Positions 1 to 11,500 of a stretch of 64,000 nucleotides of DNA are shown here, one piece after another; within the stretch, counting starts at the first letter, position 1, and every line of letters begins with the position of its first letter. Below the pieces are notes generated by a model that did not search any database, was not told where the DNA came from, and saw nothing but the letters and a program-made list of their open reading frames with translations. The stretch is from a virus. Made by a program: the position numbers and the translations under genes. The stretch is taken from the IMG/VR virus record IMGVR_UViG_3300047476_002043, positions 1-64,000 of that record. One strand, given 5' to 3'.

Positions 1-1
1 C

Positions 2-751
2 GTCATCCCGGTCCTGTCCACTCAGGTTGCTGTCAACGGCGGTGCCGCCGCCACTTCCAGTGAAGACATGTCGCTAGCCGAAGCCCTCCGTACTCGCTTG
101 GTCCTCATCCCTGAGTCGATCATCAAAGGTACCGAAGCCTTCCGTGGTGAGATCTTCATGCATGCTGGTGAGCTGAACGTCTCGATGCCGTTCACTGTCG
201 TTCCGCTGACTCTTTGGCGCGCCAAGACCCTCGCTCACGCTCACAAGACTCAAGCTCTTGGCGAAGCTCCGGAAGGCATGCCTCTCTCCGAGGTCGATCT
301 TTACAAATCGATCAACTGGGTCCCCTCCACCGAACAACTGAAAGCTCTTAGCTGGTACGCCGGTGCCAACTATGTTCAGTTCTTCACCATGACTCGACTT
401 CACGTTCCGGCTGTCCGCACTGTCTACAAGCAAGAAACCTCTTCGCTTGTTGGTGCTGAATTCGCCGCTGCTGTCGTCTACCTGAAACATGAAGCTCGCC
501 AAGTGTGGGCCATCTTCTCCGGTAAAGATCTTCCCGCCTCGGTTCTCCATTCCCAGATCAAGAAAGAAATGGATGAACGTGCCAATCGTCTACTCAATGG
601 TAAGTTCCGGTATGAAAATACCGTCTACCAGACAGCAGAAGAACAAGCGCTTGGCTTCAAGCATCACATCCAAACACGTGTCTTCAGTGGTGGTCTGTTC
701 CGCGTTGCGGAATTCGACATCATCTGCGAACGCGAAACTACCAACGGTTAA
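2..751 (+). CDS. Tail sheath protein, C-terminal part (phiKZ gp29-like); 5'-truncated by window
   Basis: Frame is open from position 2 (VIPVLSTQ...) to TAA at 751. Lies directly upstream of a tail-tube-like gene and has strongly biased codon usage typical of a highly expressed structural gene. Confidence 0.75.
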   Translation, partial: VIPVLSTQVAVNGGAAATSSEDMSLAEALRTRLVLIPESIIKGTEAFRGEIFMHAGELNVSMPFTVVPLTLWRAKTLAHAHKTQALGEAPEGMPLSEVDLYKSINWVPSTEQLKALSWYAGANYVQFFTMTRLHVPAVRTVYKQETSSLVGAEFAAAVVYLKHEARQVWAIFSGKDLPASVLHSQIKKEMDERANRLLNGKFRYENTVYQTAEEQALGFKHHIQTRVFSGGLFRVAEFDIICERETTNG

Positions 752-762
752 GGTGATCACAC

Positions 763-1593
763 ATGAACGAAAATCTCATCGCCAACGCCACCAAGCTTGG
801 TCTCGGTGAAGGTCAGGCTGCGGCCAACATGCTGGTCGGCTCTCAACTTGGTGTTGGCCTCCGTGCCAAGAACCTCGATGCTGCCACCCCGCTTGTTTTC
901 CCTCCGGCCCAGATCGTCGTCCTTCAAACTCCGACGATGTACGCCAACGAACATGAAACCGCGCAGATGATCAAGACTCTGCTCGAGACTCATGCCAAGG
1001 CCGTCACCGGCATCGACTTCGGTTACACCCTCGAGACTTCCGGTCAAGTGGTTGGTCACGACGGTCAAGAAATGCACGTTCCCACCAAGGCGAAGCGTTC
1101 CGCTGTCAACCCGTCCTTCACCTTCCACGAGGTGAGTGGTAACTTGATTTGGAACCTCTTCACTCAGTGGCTGCGCGACATCCAAGACCCGGATACCAAC
1201 GCCTCGATGACTCGTCTCCAGACTCAGGACCCTTACATGATGAGCACCTATGCCTTGAGCATGGTTGTGATTCAGTTCGACCCGTCCAACGATCCCGACA
1301 AGATCGTCGATGCTGCGTTCTATACCAACATGTTCCCCACAGACCCCGGTGGTCCCATCGGCTTCGAACGTACCATCGGTACCTCGAAAGTCATGGAGCG
1401 CGTGGTTAACTTCACTGGTATCGTCCAGCACAACCGGACTACTCGTCTCCTCGGTGTCAAGATCGCTAAGCAACTCATGCTCGCCAAGATCAGCTATGAA
1501 AAGGCTGCTACTGGTAGCTCTGAGGTCAACACCATGTTGGCTGATTCTGGTCTCCAGAAACAAGTCAACGAAATGCTCAGCGGCAAAGCCTGA
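763..1593 (+). CDS. Tail tube protein (phiKZ gp30-like)
   Basis: 276 aa with AAGGTGA RBS. Segments KTLLETHAKAVTGID, PTKAKRSAVNPSFTF, WLRDIQDPDT and FYTNMFP resemble phiKZ-like tube proteins; follows the sheath gene. Confidence 0.8.
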   Translation: MNENLIANATKLGLGEGQAAANMLVGSQLGVGLRAKNLDAATPLVFPPAQIVVLQTPTMYANEHETAQMIKTLLETHAKAVTGIDFGYTLETSGQVVGHDGQEMHVPTKAKRSAVNPSFTFHEVSGNLIWNLFTQWLRDIQDPDTNASMTRLQTQDPYMMSTYALSMVVIQFDPSNDPDKIVDAAFYTNMFPTDPGGPIGFERTIGTSKVMERVVNFTGIVQHNRTTRLLGVKIAKQLMLAKISYEKAATGSSEVNTMLADSGLQKQVNEMLSGKA

Positions 1594-1618
1594 TAAAAAA
1601 AATCAGCTTGAGAATACT

Positions 1619-1662
1619 CACCACCCTAGCCGCAAGGCTAGGGTGGTGGGTTTCTTTTTTTT
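1619..1662 (+). terminator. Intrinsic terminator with GCAA tetraloop
   Basis: CACCACCCTAGCC-GCAA-GGCTAGGGTGGTG followed by a T tract, between convergent genes. Confidence 0.9.
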
Positions 1663-1663
1663 C

Positions 1664-1918
1664 TCAGCCGAGTATCTCAATGATGCCGCTGGCTTTATCG
1701 ATAGAGAATGCCAAGATCCTGTTGTCGACGACTACATGGTCGTCAGACACAGCAATAGCTATCTCCTCATGATGAAGTGCGCCAGCATTGATATAAACGC
1801 CATGATGGTTGGGCATTACTGGCTGGTTGAGGAGGTCCTCATTGAAGCCGAGATCCCTCACGAGAGTCTCGACTTGCGCCCCAGACAACGTTTCTTTCAG
1901 GATCTTGACTTCGTTCAT
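1664..1918 (-). CDS. Hypothetical protein
   Basis: 84 aa ORF with GAGGAG RBS; last gene of a minus-strand operon. Confidence 0.7.
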   Translation of the reverse strand: MNEVKILKETLSGAQVETLVRDLGFNEDLLNQPVMPNHHGVYINAGALHHEEIAIAVSDDHVVVDNRILAFSIDKASGIIEILG

Positions 1919-1945
1919 GACTCTATCTCCTCATGTTGTTGTGGT

Positions 1946-2791
1946 TTAACTGCCGGTCTTATCGGCTATCAAATCATCGATTGAAATCCCAGGAATTTCT
2001 TCATGAGCTCTGTAAGGATGATCCGAATTAGCTCGCGCATTGAAACACTTGATCGCTTCCGTCAGGTCAGTGATGCGGAAGAATTGCGATTGATGAGAGT
2101 TGTAGGCTTTCGGATATCCCATGTCCGCATACGATTCGGTATACTCAAGGTAGCGCACAGAAAGGTGCTCAACCTCTACCGATTCGTTGGCGCCGTTCTG
2201 TGTGTTCCGGTACGTACCGGTATCGATCGACAAGCTCAGTCGGTCTTTGGTTCCTGGAAATTTGTAGTTAAGCTCCCAGCCCTTTTCATGGCGGAAAGAT
2301 TTCACAATTTTCTCGGAAAAGTCCATAGCCGATGACTTAGGTCGAACACTTCGATCGCTAAGGAACGATTCAAGACTTTGTTCGTAGTGGTAAATGTCGG
2401 CAGGTTTGCTATCACGTTGAGTACAGAAGGTCATTCTGGCCACACCGATCCTCCAATTACCGACTTCTTGTTTGAAGAATTTGTTGTAGCTCTTCATGGT
2501 GTCGAAACCGATGGCAGTTCCTTCTGCCATCGATCGGTAATCAGTGAAGAGAACGTAGCGACAGTAATCTCCCCAAAGAGCGTTGCTCAGGGAGAATTTA
2601 CCGACTGCGTAGAAGTACGCCGCCAACTCAGCTCGTTCGAGTTTCGTCATGTCATACTCTTTCGACTTTCCGGGGCGCGGATCAATGATGATGAACTCGC
2701 CACGACAGAAGACTTGCCAGCCATTCTTTTCGTCCTTCTTGAAGATGTGAGAAGATCCATTGATTCTAACTGAGACGGTAACAGTTTCCAT
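1946..2791 (-). CDS. Hypothetical protein
   Basis: 281 aa ORF with AGGAG RBS. Confidence 0.8.
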   Translation of the reverse strand: METVTVSVRINGSSHIFKKDEKNGWQVFCRGEFIIIDPRPGKSKEYDMTKLERAELAAYFYAVGKFSLSNALWGDYCRYVLFTDYRSMAEGTAIGFDTMKSYNKFFKQEVGNWRIGVARMTFCTQRDSKPADIYHYEQSLESFLSDRSVRPKSSAMDFSEKIVKSFRHEKGWELNYKFPGTKDRLSLSIDTGTYRNTQNGANESVEVEHLSVRYLEYTESYADMGYPKAYNSHQSQFFRITDLTEAIKCFNARANSDHPYRAHEEIPGISIDDLIADKTGS

Positions 2792-2826
2792 GATGATTGC
2801 TCCTTTTCTATCGCCGTAGCGATGGT

Positions 2827-3762
2827 TTATGATTTCAGTGCCGTAATGAAGGCATCCTCGAGGATGGCGACGATGTCTTGTTTAGTTGCGCTGGTTCGCA
2901 CAACCGATTTGTTCCAGGCATCGAATAACTCACTTTCCGGGATGTCGCCAGAGCAACTTCTGATTCGTGTAGTTACGCATTTCCCAACCACATGCATGAT
3001 AAGCGAAGGGTGATGCTTTTTCATGCACGGGAAGGTTACTTTGATGGCGCAGTTTCGATTGAAAGATTCGACAATTTTCGCTGCCGCATCTTGTGACGAA
3101 TTAAACGTCTCGCCTGAAGTCATTTCGCCTTCCGTGACGACAACACTGAAGATGCTGACGTGCGTCACGATCAATAAATCACAGAGTTTGATATAAGCAT
3201 ATTCACCATTGTCTAAGACGATGACTGACGACGCGAAACCTTCATTGATCTCGAGATTTTTGATAGTCCCGATCATTCCAATGATCGGGTTGTTTGATTT
3301 ATTCTTCCAGCTTTGGTCGTAGAACGGACAAGGGAAGCTGGTGTCTTTAATAAGTACTCGATCACCGAGTTTAAACTCGGTGTCCTCATCCAGTTTCACT
3401 TGGATGAATCCTTGTCCTTTTGGATCAAACGAACGCCCGTCGCTTGCGTCTCCTTCTTTGAAATGCTTGCTCCTCAGGTGCGCTGTCTCCACTTCCGATC
3501 TCGGAACTTCCTTCACTTGCAATTTAAGGGTCTCAAGCTTTGTCTCAAGCGCCAGCTTCGCCTCAATATCTGCGGCCTTACCGCGATATTCGGCAGCCAG
3601 CTTTCGCCATGACTCATGCGATTCTGTTGAACAGACTATCGGGCCGGAGCGCATCGTGAGGTTATCAGCGCTCTTGTCATCTGCACAGAGTTTACGCGCT
3701 TCGGCTGTGATATCCGTTTGAATGCGACCATTGCGGTCAATGAAGACAAGAACGTTGTTCAT
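2827..3762 (-). CDS. Hypothetical protein (possible central SH3/KOW-like segment FKLGDRVLIK)
   Basis: 311 aa ORF with AAGGA RBS. Confidence 0.75.
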   Translation of the reverse strand: MNNVLVFIDRNGRIQTDITAEARKLCADDKSADNLTMRSGPIVCSTESHESWRKLAAEYRGKAADIEAKLALETKLETLKLQVKEVPRSEVETAHLRSKHFKEGDASDGRSFDPKGQGFIQVKLDEDTEFKLGDRVLIKDTSFPCPFYDQSWKNKSNNPIIGMIGTIKNLEINEGFASSVIVLDNGEYAYIKLCDLLIVTHVSIFSVVVTEGEMTSGETFNSSQDAAAKIVESFNRNCAIKVTFPCMKKHHPSLIMHVVGKCVTTRIRSCSGDIPESELFDAWNKSVVRTSATKQDIVAILEDAFITALKS

Positions 3763-3787
3763 CGGGAGTTCCTTTATTTTTCTTGTT

Positions 3788-4354
3788 TCAGTTCTGGTTC
3801 ATGATGATATCATAATCTTCTGATCCGTACTCAGGATCGGGCATCGGGTAAGGGTCTTCAACAGCACGATCTTCGTCGTCATGATTCATCATGTCCCGTC
3901 GACAATCAGAACAGAGAGTCACATCGTTACCGTTAGGATCCTTAGTCTTTTCAGAAAACCAGCGTGATCCGCACGCATCGCATTGTTCTTGATCATTCGC
4001 GACGATGCTGTCGTCAGATTCGTTAGGTTCATCGTACCAGCGGTTGATGTGAACACCAAGGTCGCCGGCACAATTACCACATAGGAAGGGATAGGTCGCA
4101 TCAAGACTGCGACAGTAGCCAACCAGGCCTTGATTGTAGCAGCGATGACATTCGGTATCCCCATCAGCATCCCTGATCTTTTCAACAGTGACGTGCTCTG
4201 ACCCGTAGAGACTTATGCGATGCTTCATGTGCTTGGTGCACTGTTTCGTTCTCTCATCTCCGGAGACGTTCACTTTCGTGAGCCACTTCGCTTGTCGCTT
4301 ACAGGAGTCGAGATGACAACGATGTTTGATGTATTTCTTGTTGAGGTTTTTCAT
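3788..4354 (-). CDS. Cys-rich multi zinc-finger protein
   Basis: CHLDSC/CTKH, CHRC/CGNC and CDAC/CSDC pairs; acidic tail. Confidence 0.75.
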   Translation of the reverse strand: MKNLNKKYIKHRCHLDSCKRQAKWLTKVNVSGDERTKQCTKHMKHRISLYGSEHVTVEKIRDADGDTECHRCYNQGLVGYCRSLDATYPFLCGNCAGDLGVHINRWYDEPNESDDSIVANDQEQCDACGSRWFSEKTKDPNGNDVTLCSDCRRDMMNHDDEDRAVEDPYPMPDPEYGSEDYDIIMNQN

Positions 4355-4355
4355 G

Positions 4356-4958
4356 TTATCTTACTCCTCCAAAAACATCGAATTTTGTTTTCTGGATCAG
4401 GTCAAGATAGATCTTTCTATCTTTACCGATAGTCATGTAATAAGACCGCCAGTCACCTCGGTTTGTGGGCAAATCATCAATGGTTTCTCGGACGTGAACC
4501 ATGCACTGCCCTTCGGCACAATGTGCAATGATGATGCTTGGGAAAGCCTTGCCGCTGTAGGTAACATGCGCATCTCTTCCGACGAGCAGAAGATTGAGGA
4601 TGGCGTCAACAGCCTGAGCTTCGTTATCCGTAGCAAAGTTGTAAGAACGATGGGAACTTATCATTACCGGCGGTTCTTTGGATGTGATGACGTATGACGT
4701 CGCTTTGTTTTCTGTGGCCTTAGGACGCAGAACAAAGAAGCTCTGATCGAAAGCCTCAGTTGCCACCTGGCGCGATAATTCGTAGCCTTTGTTAGGCTCC
4801 ACGATCATCGCGTTGACGTAGTACTTTGACTCCAGGTTGGTGACTTCTTTACAGTATTCGTTGGCCTTCTGACGACAGTCAAAGGGGATCACTGCCATGG
4901 AGTGAGGATCGCTATCGCCTTTGCCCATGGTCACGAGAACGAGAATTTGATCTTTCAT
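4356..4958 (-). CDS. Hypothetical protein
   Basis: 200 aa ORF tightly packed in the operon. Confidence 0.75.
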   Translation of the reverse strand: MKDQILVLVTMGKGDSDPHSMAVIPFDCRQKANEYCKEVTNLESKYYVNAMIVEPNKGYELSRQVATEAFDQSFFVLRPKATENKATSYVITSKEPPVMISSHRSYNFATDNEAQAVDAILNLLLVGRDAHVTYSGKAFPSIIIAHCAEGQCMVHVRETIDDLPTNRGDWRSYYMTIGKDRKIYLDLIQKTKFDVFGGVR

Positions 4959-4968
4959 TGTGTTTTCC

Positions 4969-5562
4969 TTAGGTTGGCAGGGGTTTATTTTTCCAGTAAG
5001 TCAAGATGTTCATGACTGCTGGGATGAGATCGGGGTTATCGAACCACATGAAGAATTCGAGGTCTTTATCTATGCTAGACCAAGCATGAATGTCGGGGTT
5101 ATGTTTAGAACGTTTAACAGCTGTTAGCATATCATCAATTTCAAGGTAGGTGTTTTCCTTGAATCCGCGATCGCTAAATTTTCCAAGAAGTACGGATGCG
5201 ACCATGTTTACGACCTTGTCCTTATGGTGCGGGCGACAGGCGACATGAATGGAACTCATCAGTAAATTGAGCTGTTTGATCTTCTTGACCTGATCACCAA
5301 GATCTACGGTCGAGAATGAGAGGATGAGAATATCATCGCTGCTGGTGAAGTTTCTAATGGCCTTTGGACCAGCTCCCCACTCAAACTCAGATGATCCCAT
5401 GTAGTCCGACGACCACAGGTCACGGAATTCTTTTGCTTCATTCGGCTTAGTGTCTTTTCTGGGTCGAAGTGACCAACGTTGCCACAGCCACCATCCGTCG
5501 GTATTTTGACCAGCAATCAATTTTGCAGTGACATTTTCTTTAACGAAATTGATTTGTTTCAT
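4969..5562 (-). CDS. Hypothetical protein (DYMGSSEFEWG motif)
   Basis: Start moved to MKQINF (AAGGA RBS), downstream of the early-promoter motif at 5603-5610. Confidence 0.75.
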   Translation of the reverse strand: MKQINFVKENVTAKLIAGQNTDGWWLWQRWSLRPRKDTKPNEAKEFRDLWSSDYMGSSEFEWGAGPKAIRNFTSSDDILILSFSTVDLGDQVKKIKQLNLLMSSIHVACRPHHKDKVVNMVASVLLGKFSDRGFKENTYLEIDDMLTAVKRSKHNPDIHAWSSIDKDLEFFMWFDNPDLIPAVMNILTYWKNKPLPT

Positions 5563-5602
5563 GATTCGTCCTTGTTTTTTTTTTTGCTCAGGGGTCAAGT
5601 AA

Positions 5603-5610
5603 GTAATGTA
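5603..5610 (-). promoter_or_regulatory. Early promoter motif TACATTAC (phiKZ-type TATATTAC)
   Basis: One of nine minus-strand copies noted, mostly upstream of gene blocks. Confidence 0.7.
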
Positions 5611-5631
5611 TATCTGAATACAAAAGAACTC

Positions 5632-5663
5632 CATCCCCACCTGGCTCGCGCCAGGTGGGGATG
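5632..5663 (-). terminator. Terminator of portal gene
   Basis: CATCCCCACCTGGC-TCGC-GCCAGGTGGGGATG just after the portal stop codon. Confidence 0.8.
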
Positions 5664-5670
5664 AAGGGCT

Positions 5671-8409
5671 TCAGAACTTGAGCTCGTCAAGATTTTCAGG
5701 AGGTTCATCCGAACCGTCGGTAGGTTGACCGCCGGTGTCGTCCTGCGACTGAGAGGTAGCACCCTGATCGGCAGAACCAGGAGGAGTATCGCTAGGAGTA
5801 CCTTCCGGGGCAGGCTCACCAGAATCACCTGAAGGTGTAGCACCTTGGGTGTTCGGATCGACCGGCTTACTGAGGATATCGAGACTATTGACCATAGCCC
5901 TAAGGTTACGCGCAAACCTTTGTGTTCCTTGGAATTCGGAGAGATCAACATCATCGAGTTCCGGAATGTTAAAGTCGCGATGCATGCCAACAGCATTGAG
6001 GATAGCGCGAGCGCACTTAGCCTTGATGTGTTGACCGATAGCGACGATCATGTCGGAGTCAGTCTTAGCTTCAATCTTGATGATATCGGCATTGAAGATC
6101 TGTTCGATGACTTTGTTGAGGGATTCGAGTTGAGCCATAGTCTCTTCGTATTGCGCTTTATTGAACGCCATGTTCGGAGAGGGCAAAGTGACGTTGATAT
6201 GCTTGATCACTTTTTCGAAGAGTTGGGCCCCTTCTTCAGCGATGATGCTAGGATCTTCGGTATTGACAGCATCAACATCATTCTTGACTGTTTCAGAATC
6301 GTTGAGGATCTGGACGATCTTGTTAGTCAGAGAATAAGAAAGCCTAATGTAAGTTCTGATAAGCTCAGAGGTCTTACGTTGTGTCGGCTTTTGCTTCTCT
6401 CTGACGTTGTTGGCGAAGAACAGATTGTTCGTAGCGATGGATCGAGAGTACTCGTTCTCACTGACCTGGTTGAGCGCAGTGTAAGGAACTGTCGTCATGC
6501 TGATGATCTGTTTGGTGAGGACATCGATCATGTCGGAGTCAGGCTTAACGCTAGCTCCGGCTTGGACTTCCGTCTGAACATCAAACTCGCTAAGGCCCTT
6601 GAGTCCTTTCGGAATGATGGAGATATTCCTGGAGACGATGTCGCGCGCAACGGCCAAAGGATCTGTGCCCCATGCGGGTAGATTCTTTTGCACATACAAC
6701 TCATGCAACGTCTCGGCAACTTGTTCATGGTTGGTAGCTTCATTACCAAGGTTGAACGTAATCTTCTTGCGTTCAGCAGAAGCTTTAAGTGCTGCCATGA
6801 TGTTGGCAACATAAAGCGTAGAGCGCATAGACAGGATGAATGCGCTGTCTTCAAGGAGTGACTTACCTGTACCATCTTTACGATAGTCGAAGGCGTAGTA
6901 AACCATCAGGTCGGCAGGGACAAACACTGTCCGGATCTTCTGTCCGCGCAGGAAGCGCTGGAACATGCAGTTGCTGATGGCTTGGTGCTGACGAATGCTA
7001 ACATTGTCAAGGTCGAACTGACCTAACTCATTAGACAACATACGCTTGACGATGAGGTCGTAGACCAAGTTAGCCGCTTCGTATTTCTGCCCGTTAGTCA
7101 TGCCTTTGGTGGTGAAACCACTAATGACATTGCCACCAGATTTGATGACTTGCTTATTCAAGCAATCATCGGTACTATCCGAAACTTCATCGGCAGTGAT
7201 CGGAGTTCCTTTTTCGTCAACGAGGACGAAGTAGCCGAAGTGGGCCGAAGGATCACCAGGAATAGTGACCGGAATTACCGATTCAGCAGGTAGTGCCATG
7301 ATGCTAGGATGATCACCCTTCTCGAGCGGATCGTCTGTATGCATGACAAGCATTTTGTTGACGCCGTCGCCATAGATGGCCTTATTGATCGCATTCATCG
7401 CTTTGGAAGATTGCTTCTTCGTTGTAGCAATCGGGTCGATGATGTTGCGGTAGTCGTGGCTGACTCCAACTAAGGCTTCAGATCCAGGACTACCTTTCAG
7501 TTGAGAAAAGATCTCTTTGGCGCAAGACTCCAGTCCTGGTTTGATGTCAGCATAAAGAGATTCTTTAGTCAGATTGTCTTTGGGATCGGACATATTGAGG
7601 ATAGCCTCGATTACGCCGCCGGCTTTCTCCATCGCTTCAATGATGAGTCCATCGTTGACAACTTTGTTGACCGTAGCCGTAGCCGGAATGATCGACTCAA
7701 CACCAACAAACAAATCCGATTTCTTGGGAAGGATGCGTTCTGTAGTGAGGATGCGTCTCTTGGGCGAACCGTCAACTGTGATATCTTCGGTAGAGGGTTT
7801 AATCTTTACCTTGGAAGTCTTTCCTGAATTCATCTTCTTGTAGTCGGCAGCTGTAGCCTCAGCCAAGACTCTAACCATGGCTTTAGGAATGACAAGGACC
7901 GGCTGAGAGCCATTCTCAAAGAGGGCGTTACCGATCCATTGACTAACCTTCTCTCCGATACACAGTTCATTGTTGAAGTAGTCGTGGAGTAGTTTACTCA
8001 ATTGACTATTGGTCTCAGGGGAGAAATCCGGAACCTCAACGGAAATATTGAAGCTTTCCGATTGAAGATCGTTGGGAGACATGATCGAAGGAATGAGGAT
8101 AGACTTAGCCTTTCCTAATTCCGGGGTGAGCGATTTGAACGATTTGTTGTTGTTGATCGTCTTCGCTGTGGAGTTGGCGGTTCCTTCGAGAATCTGGCGA
8201 ACTGCGCCGATGCTGTTGTCGTACCGATTACTTTCGGTAACGTACAGCATCATGCCCATTTCAGATTTGCTAAAAGAGCCTGATGGACTATCGCCAACGG
8301 TATCGACGACAGGCTCAGGGCTGAGCTTAGAAATCGCACTGCTGCTAACTCCAAAAAGCGAATAAAGACGTTGTATACCGCGCGTCGCGGTATTGGACCC
8401 TTCAGTCAT
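5671..8409 (-). CDS. Portal protein (phiKZ gp129-like)
   Basis: About 912 aa from MTEGS (GGGAGG RBS). Segments SILIPSIMSP, GYFVLVDEKGTPI and VYYAFDYRKDGTGKSLLE match recalled phiKZ-like portal features; acidic disordered C-tail. Confidence 0.75.
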   Translation of the reverse strand: MTEGSNTATRGIQRLYSLFGVSSSAISKLSPEPVVDTVGDSPSGSFSKSEMGMMLYVTESNRYDNSIGAVRQILEGTANSTAKTINNNKSFKSLTPELGKAKSILIPSIMSPNDLQSESFNISVEVPDFSPETNSQLSKLLHDYFNNELCIGEKVSQWIGNALFENGSQPVLVIPKAMVRVLAEATAADYKKMNSGKTSKVKIKPSTEDITVDGSPKRRILTTERILPKKSDLFVGVESIIPATATVNKVVNDGLIIEAMEKAGGVIEAILNMSDPKDNLTKESLYADIKPGLESCAKEIFSQLKGSPGSEALVGVSHDYRNIIDPIATTKKQSSKAMNAINKAIYGDGVNKMLVMHTDDPLEKGDHPSIMALPAESVIPVTIPGDPSAHFGYFVLVDEKGTPITADEVSDSTDDCLNKQVIKSGGNVISGFTTKGMTNGQKYEAANLVYDLIVKRMLSNELGQFDLDNVSIRQHQAISNCMFQRFLRGQKIRTVFVPADLMVYYAFDYRKDGTGKSLLEDSAFILSMRSTLYVANIMAALKASAERKKITFNLGNEATNHEQVAETLHELYVQKNLPAWGTDPLAVARDIVSRNISIIPKGLKGLSEFDVQTEVQAGASVKPDSDMIDVLTKQIISMTTVPYTALNQVSENEYSRSIATNNLFFANNVREKQKPTQRKTSELIRTYIRLSYSLTNKIVQILNDSETVKNDVDAVNTEDPSIIAEEGAQLFEKVIKHINVTLPSPNMAFNKAQYEETMAQLESLNKVIEQIFNADIIKIEAKTDSDMIVAIGQHIKAKCARAILNAVGMHRDFNIPELDDVDLSEFQGTQRFARNLRAMVNSLDILSKPVDPNTQGATPSGDSGEPAPEGTPSDTPPGSADQGATSQSQDDTGGQPTDGSDEPPENLDELKF

Positions 8410-8522
8410 TATATGACCTCCCAATCTCATTGGTTATGGTAAGCTTACCTGTATTATGATCCCAGGTAACAATTAAAAAATAGCAGCTACCATAATCTTT
8501 GACGCAACCTCAAGGGGAACAA

Positions 8523-11500
8523 ATGCTCAGATACACACTCTCTACTGAAGAGATTTTCAGGTTCTTGAAGTCGTGTACTATCAAGAACTCTCATTTTGCG
8601 GATAGCTCAAGAAAGAAAGCCATCACTACACTCGGGCTTACAACTATCCTTAGGGCAGATTACAAAAATCTGATTCCTTACTACGCATCCATGCAAGGTC
8701 ACTACTTCATCGCTGATGGTTATGGTGGCGTCTTACCGCAAAACCTAATCAGCATCGATACAGTCTCTCCTGATGACGGCATCTCCCATGTTCCTATGGT
8801 GGTTAAATCCGTTGACACAGGTGAATCTATCCTGTTCACTAAAGCCAATCTTTTGGATCATCCTAAGACAGCTTTCGCCTACCGCATAGGTGGCGAAAGC
8901 TTCGACAGTCTTATTGAAAGATACCCGAAGCAGTCTGACCTTATCAAATCCATCCTGCATCCAGTTGACGACATTGAAGTCGCCATCAATGCACCAAACT
9001 ACACTCTCCTGAAATGGGACGAGACTCAACTTGAAGAGCAGGAAGTTGGTAGCATTATCGATGCTGTCTCCAATTTCCTGAAGATGTTCCGCAAGCGCTG
9101 GGACGTTAAAGAGTTCTCGTTCGAGGCATACTACCCGATAACGCAGTGGTCTCTCCTGTGGTCCGTTCTTCCCAATGTCATCTTCGGTCAGAGGATTAAA
9201 AACCTTAAAACCATCAATGCACATAGTGATCACATCTGGGAGTATCTCACCTCTAAAGGTTTGGGCGACTATAGAGCCGTGCTCACACACAGACAACAGA
9301 TGTTCTTGTACAGGAATATCAATTATCTGATCGCTAATCGTGGTAAACAGTCAACTCTTGAGATCTTGGCTAAGGAACTTCTTGATCCTTACCATATCAC
9401 ATTACTTGCCAAGCAGATCCTCCTCAATGCTGAAAATACCGCAGAGCGTGGCTGCCCGATAGTCGATATCGTCAGCATCGATATCAACAAAAGGGACACT
9501 CCAGCAACAGCCAAACTTAACGGCTATGAAGATCTTCAGACCATCATCTCCAGAGAAAGAGAAGGTGGATTGGAGTTTTCTCGTAGCGACATCGTTGTGG
9601 ATAACGGAGGAGAACTCACCTACAACGACACCATAATTGAGTATCAAGATAAGCAGATCGGTCATGCCAACTCTACTTGGTTGCCGACCAAGCTAGTTGA
9701 ACTCAATAGGAAGGATCTGTATACTCAATCGCACAACAACTTCGTTAAGTTCGCCATCCAGACGATCTTCTACAAACAGTCGATTAGTCAAATGGCTTAC
9801 AACATCGTTGTTCATCCGCTCGGAAGTGATCTTGAGGCTAATCTCACCATCGGTGAAGGTATCGCCTTGGCTTACTACTGCTCCAGCAAGATAATGAGCA
9901 AATCCGTTCTCGTCAGGGATAAGAACATTGTCTACTCTGTTGACGACCCGGAAGATCCGGATGATATCCCAGTTGATGTCACCATCAACATTGGTGCATC
10001 CGCTGATCTGATCGGCGAGGCCGTTATCTTGTACGAAGGTACTGAAGACGAAATCACCATAGATGTTGATGAGGGTAACCACCAGAATCTTCGTGGTAAA
10101 CTAATCCGCATCGTAGGATCTCCTACCCAGATCGTTATGGTCGACGACTTGTACAATTCGGCTAAGGCGCTAATAGGTAAAGTTGTGAAGGTCGAAGGTA
10201 ACTTCGTGGAAGTCTCGGAAGACAACTACGCGTCACTGAATAACAAAATCGTGATGGTTGCCGACCCTTACTACATACCCACATCTGCTGTTGTTACCAT
10301 GCCGCTTAAGTCCGGAAGAACGGTCCTCAATGACACCTTCTTCTACCGAGGCAACAAGCTATCCATCAAGCATACGTTGGATGTTGATGCTAGGTTCAAT
10401 CGATTTGGCGATACTTCCAAGGTCGCTCATTCTAGAACAGAACTGCTCGACATCATCGATACGCAATTTGCTGGGATGGAGCATGACCATAACTACGTCA
10501 GATCCAGAGGTGAACAAACCTACCACTTAGCGAATGACCTGTTCTACGATCAGGTCAGAGTTAAGGGAGAAATCCCTCTCAATACTCGGATCAACTACCT
10601 GACGTACAAAGACTGGTTCGACAATAGTGCCATCCTCAACTCGATCATCAATCTGATCGAGAGCTCCAAAGATGTTCGGATGGCGTACACTGATGTTGCT
10701 AACTCCATCATCAAATCGATCATCAATCTTGGAGACAGTAAGAGTACGGTGTTTAGTGATTTCACTAGCGACAACTTTGCGCTTATGCGTCAGCTGTTCA
10801 TCCAGCTGTGTAGCTACAACATCACATTCTTGGACACCGCCGCGAATCTCAGTTCTTATCATCAAGCGACCCCTATGGTTCTCAATGATAAGTCTGTCAG
10901 AGAGCAGTACACCGATTCCAAAATCAGGATCGATCCGTTCATCGTTGATACGACAACGAAGATTGAACGTGAAGGAGTTCTACTCAATACACTCAGACCT
11001 AGCGAAAGAGTTCCTAGAACCATTTCGAGTAGACGCAGAATGAAGAACCCAATCACGAGACGTGAGACAAGCGAAGTTTCAACAACCTCTCGAGTTTATG
11101 ATAGGACTAGAGTTGTTTACGATGGTAAGATTATCGGTAGAGCTGGCTCTATTGGTATGACAACTTTCGTGATCAAGTCGGTATCTCCTGTTATCAACGT
11201 TCCGCCTAAGGTTCTTAGCTCCTCCGCTACTGATCCTGAAATTCTTAGCTCGCTGATGATTGCTCATCTGAATTCTTCTGCATCTGACAGTGAGATCCTC
11301 AGTAATGTCAACATTCGCAAACTCAACAGCACGGCCACTGACGCTGAAATTCTCAGCAACCTCAATGTCTTGGCTTATCGTGGTATTCTCAACAGTAACG
11401 CTACGGACACAGAAATCCTTAGCTTCGCTGGTCACTTCAAACTCAATAGCACACCGTCGGATGCTGAAATCCTCAGTGAACTCGATGAGCATAAAGCACC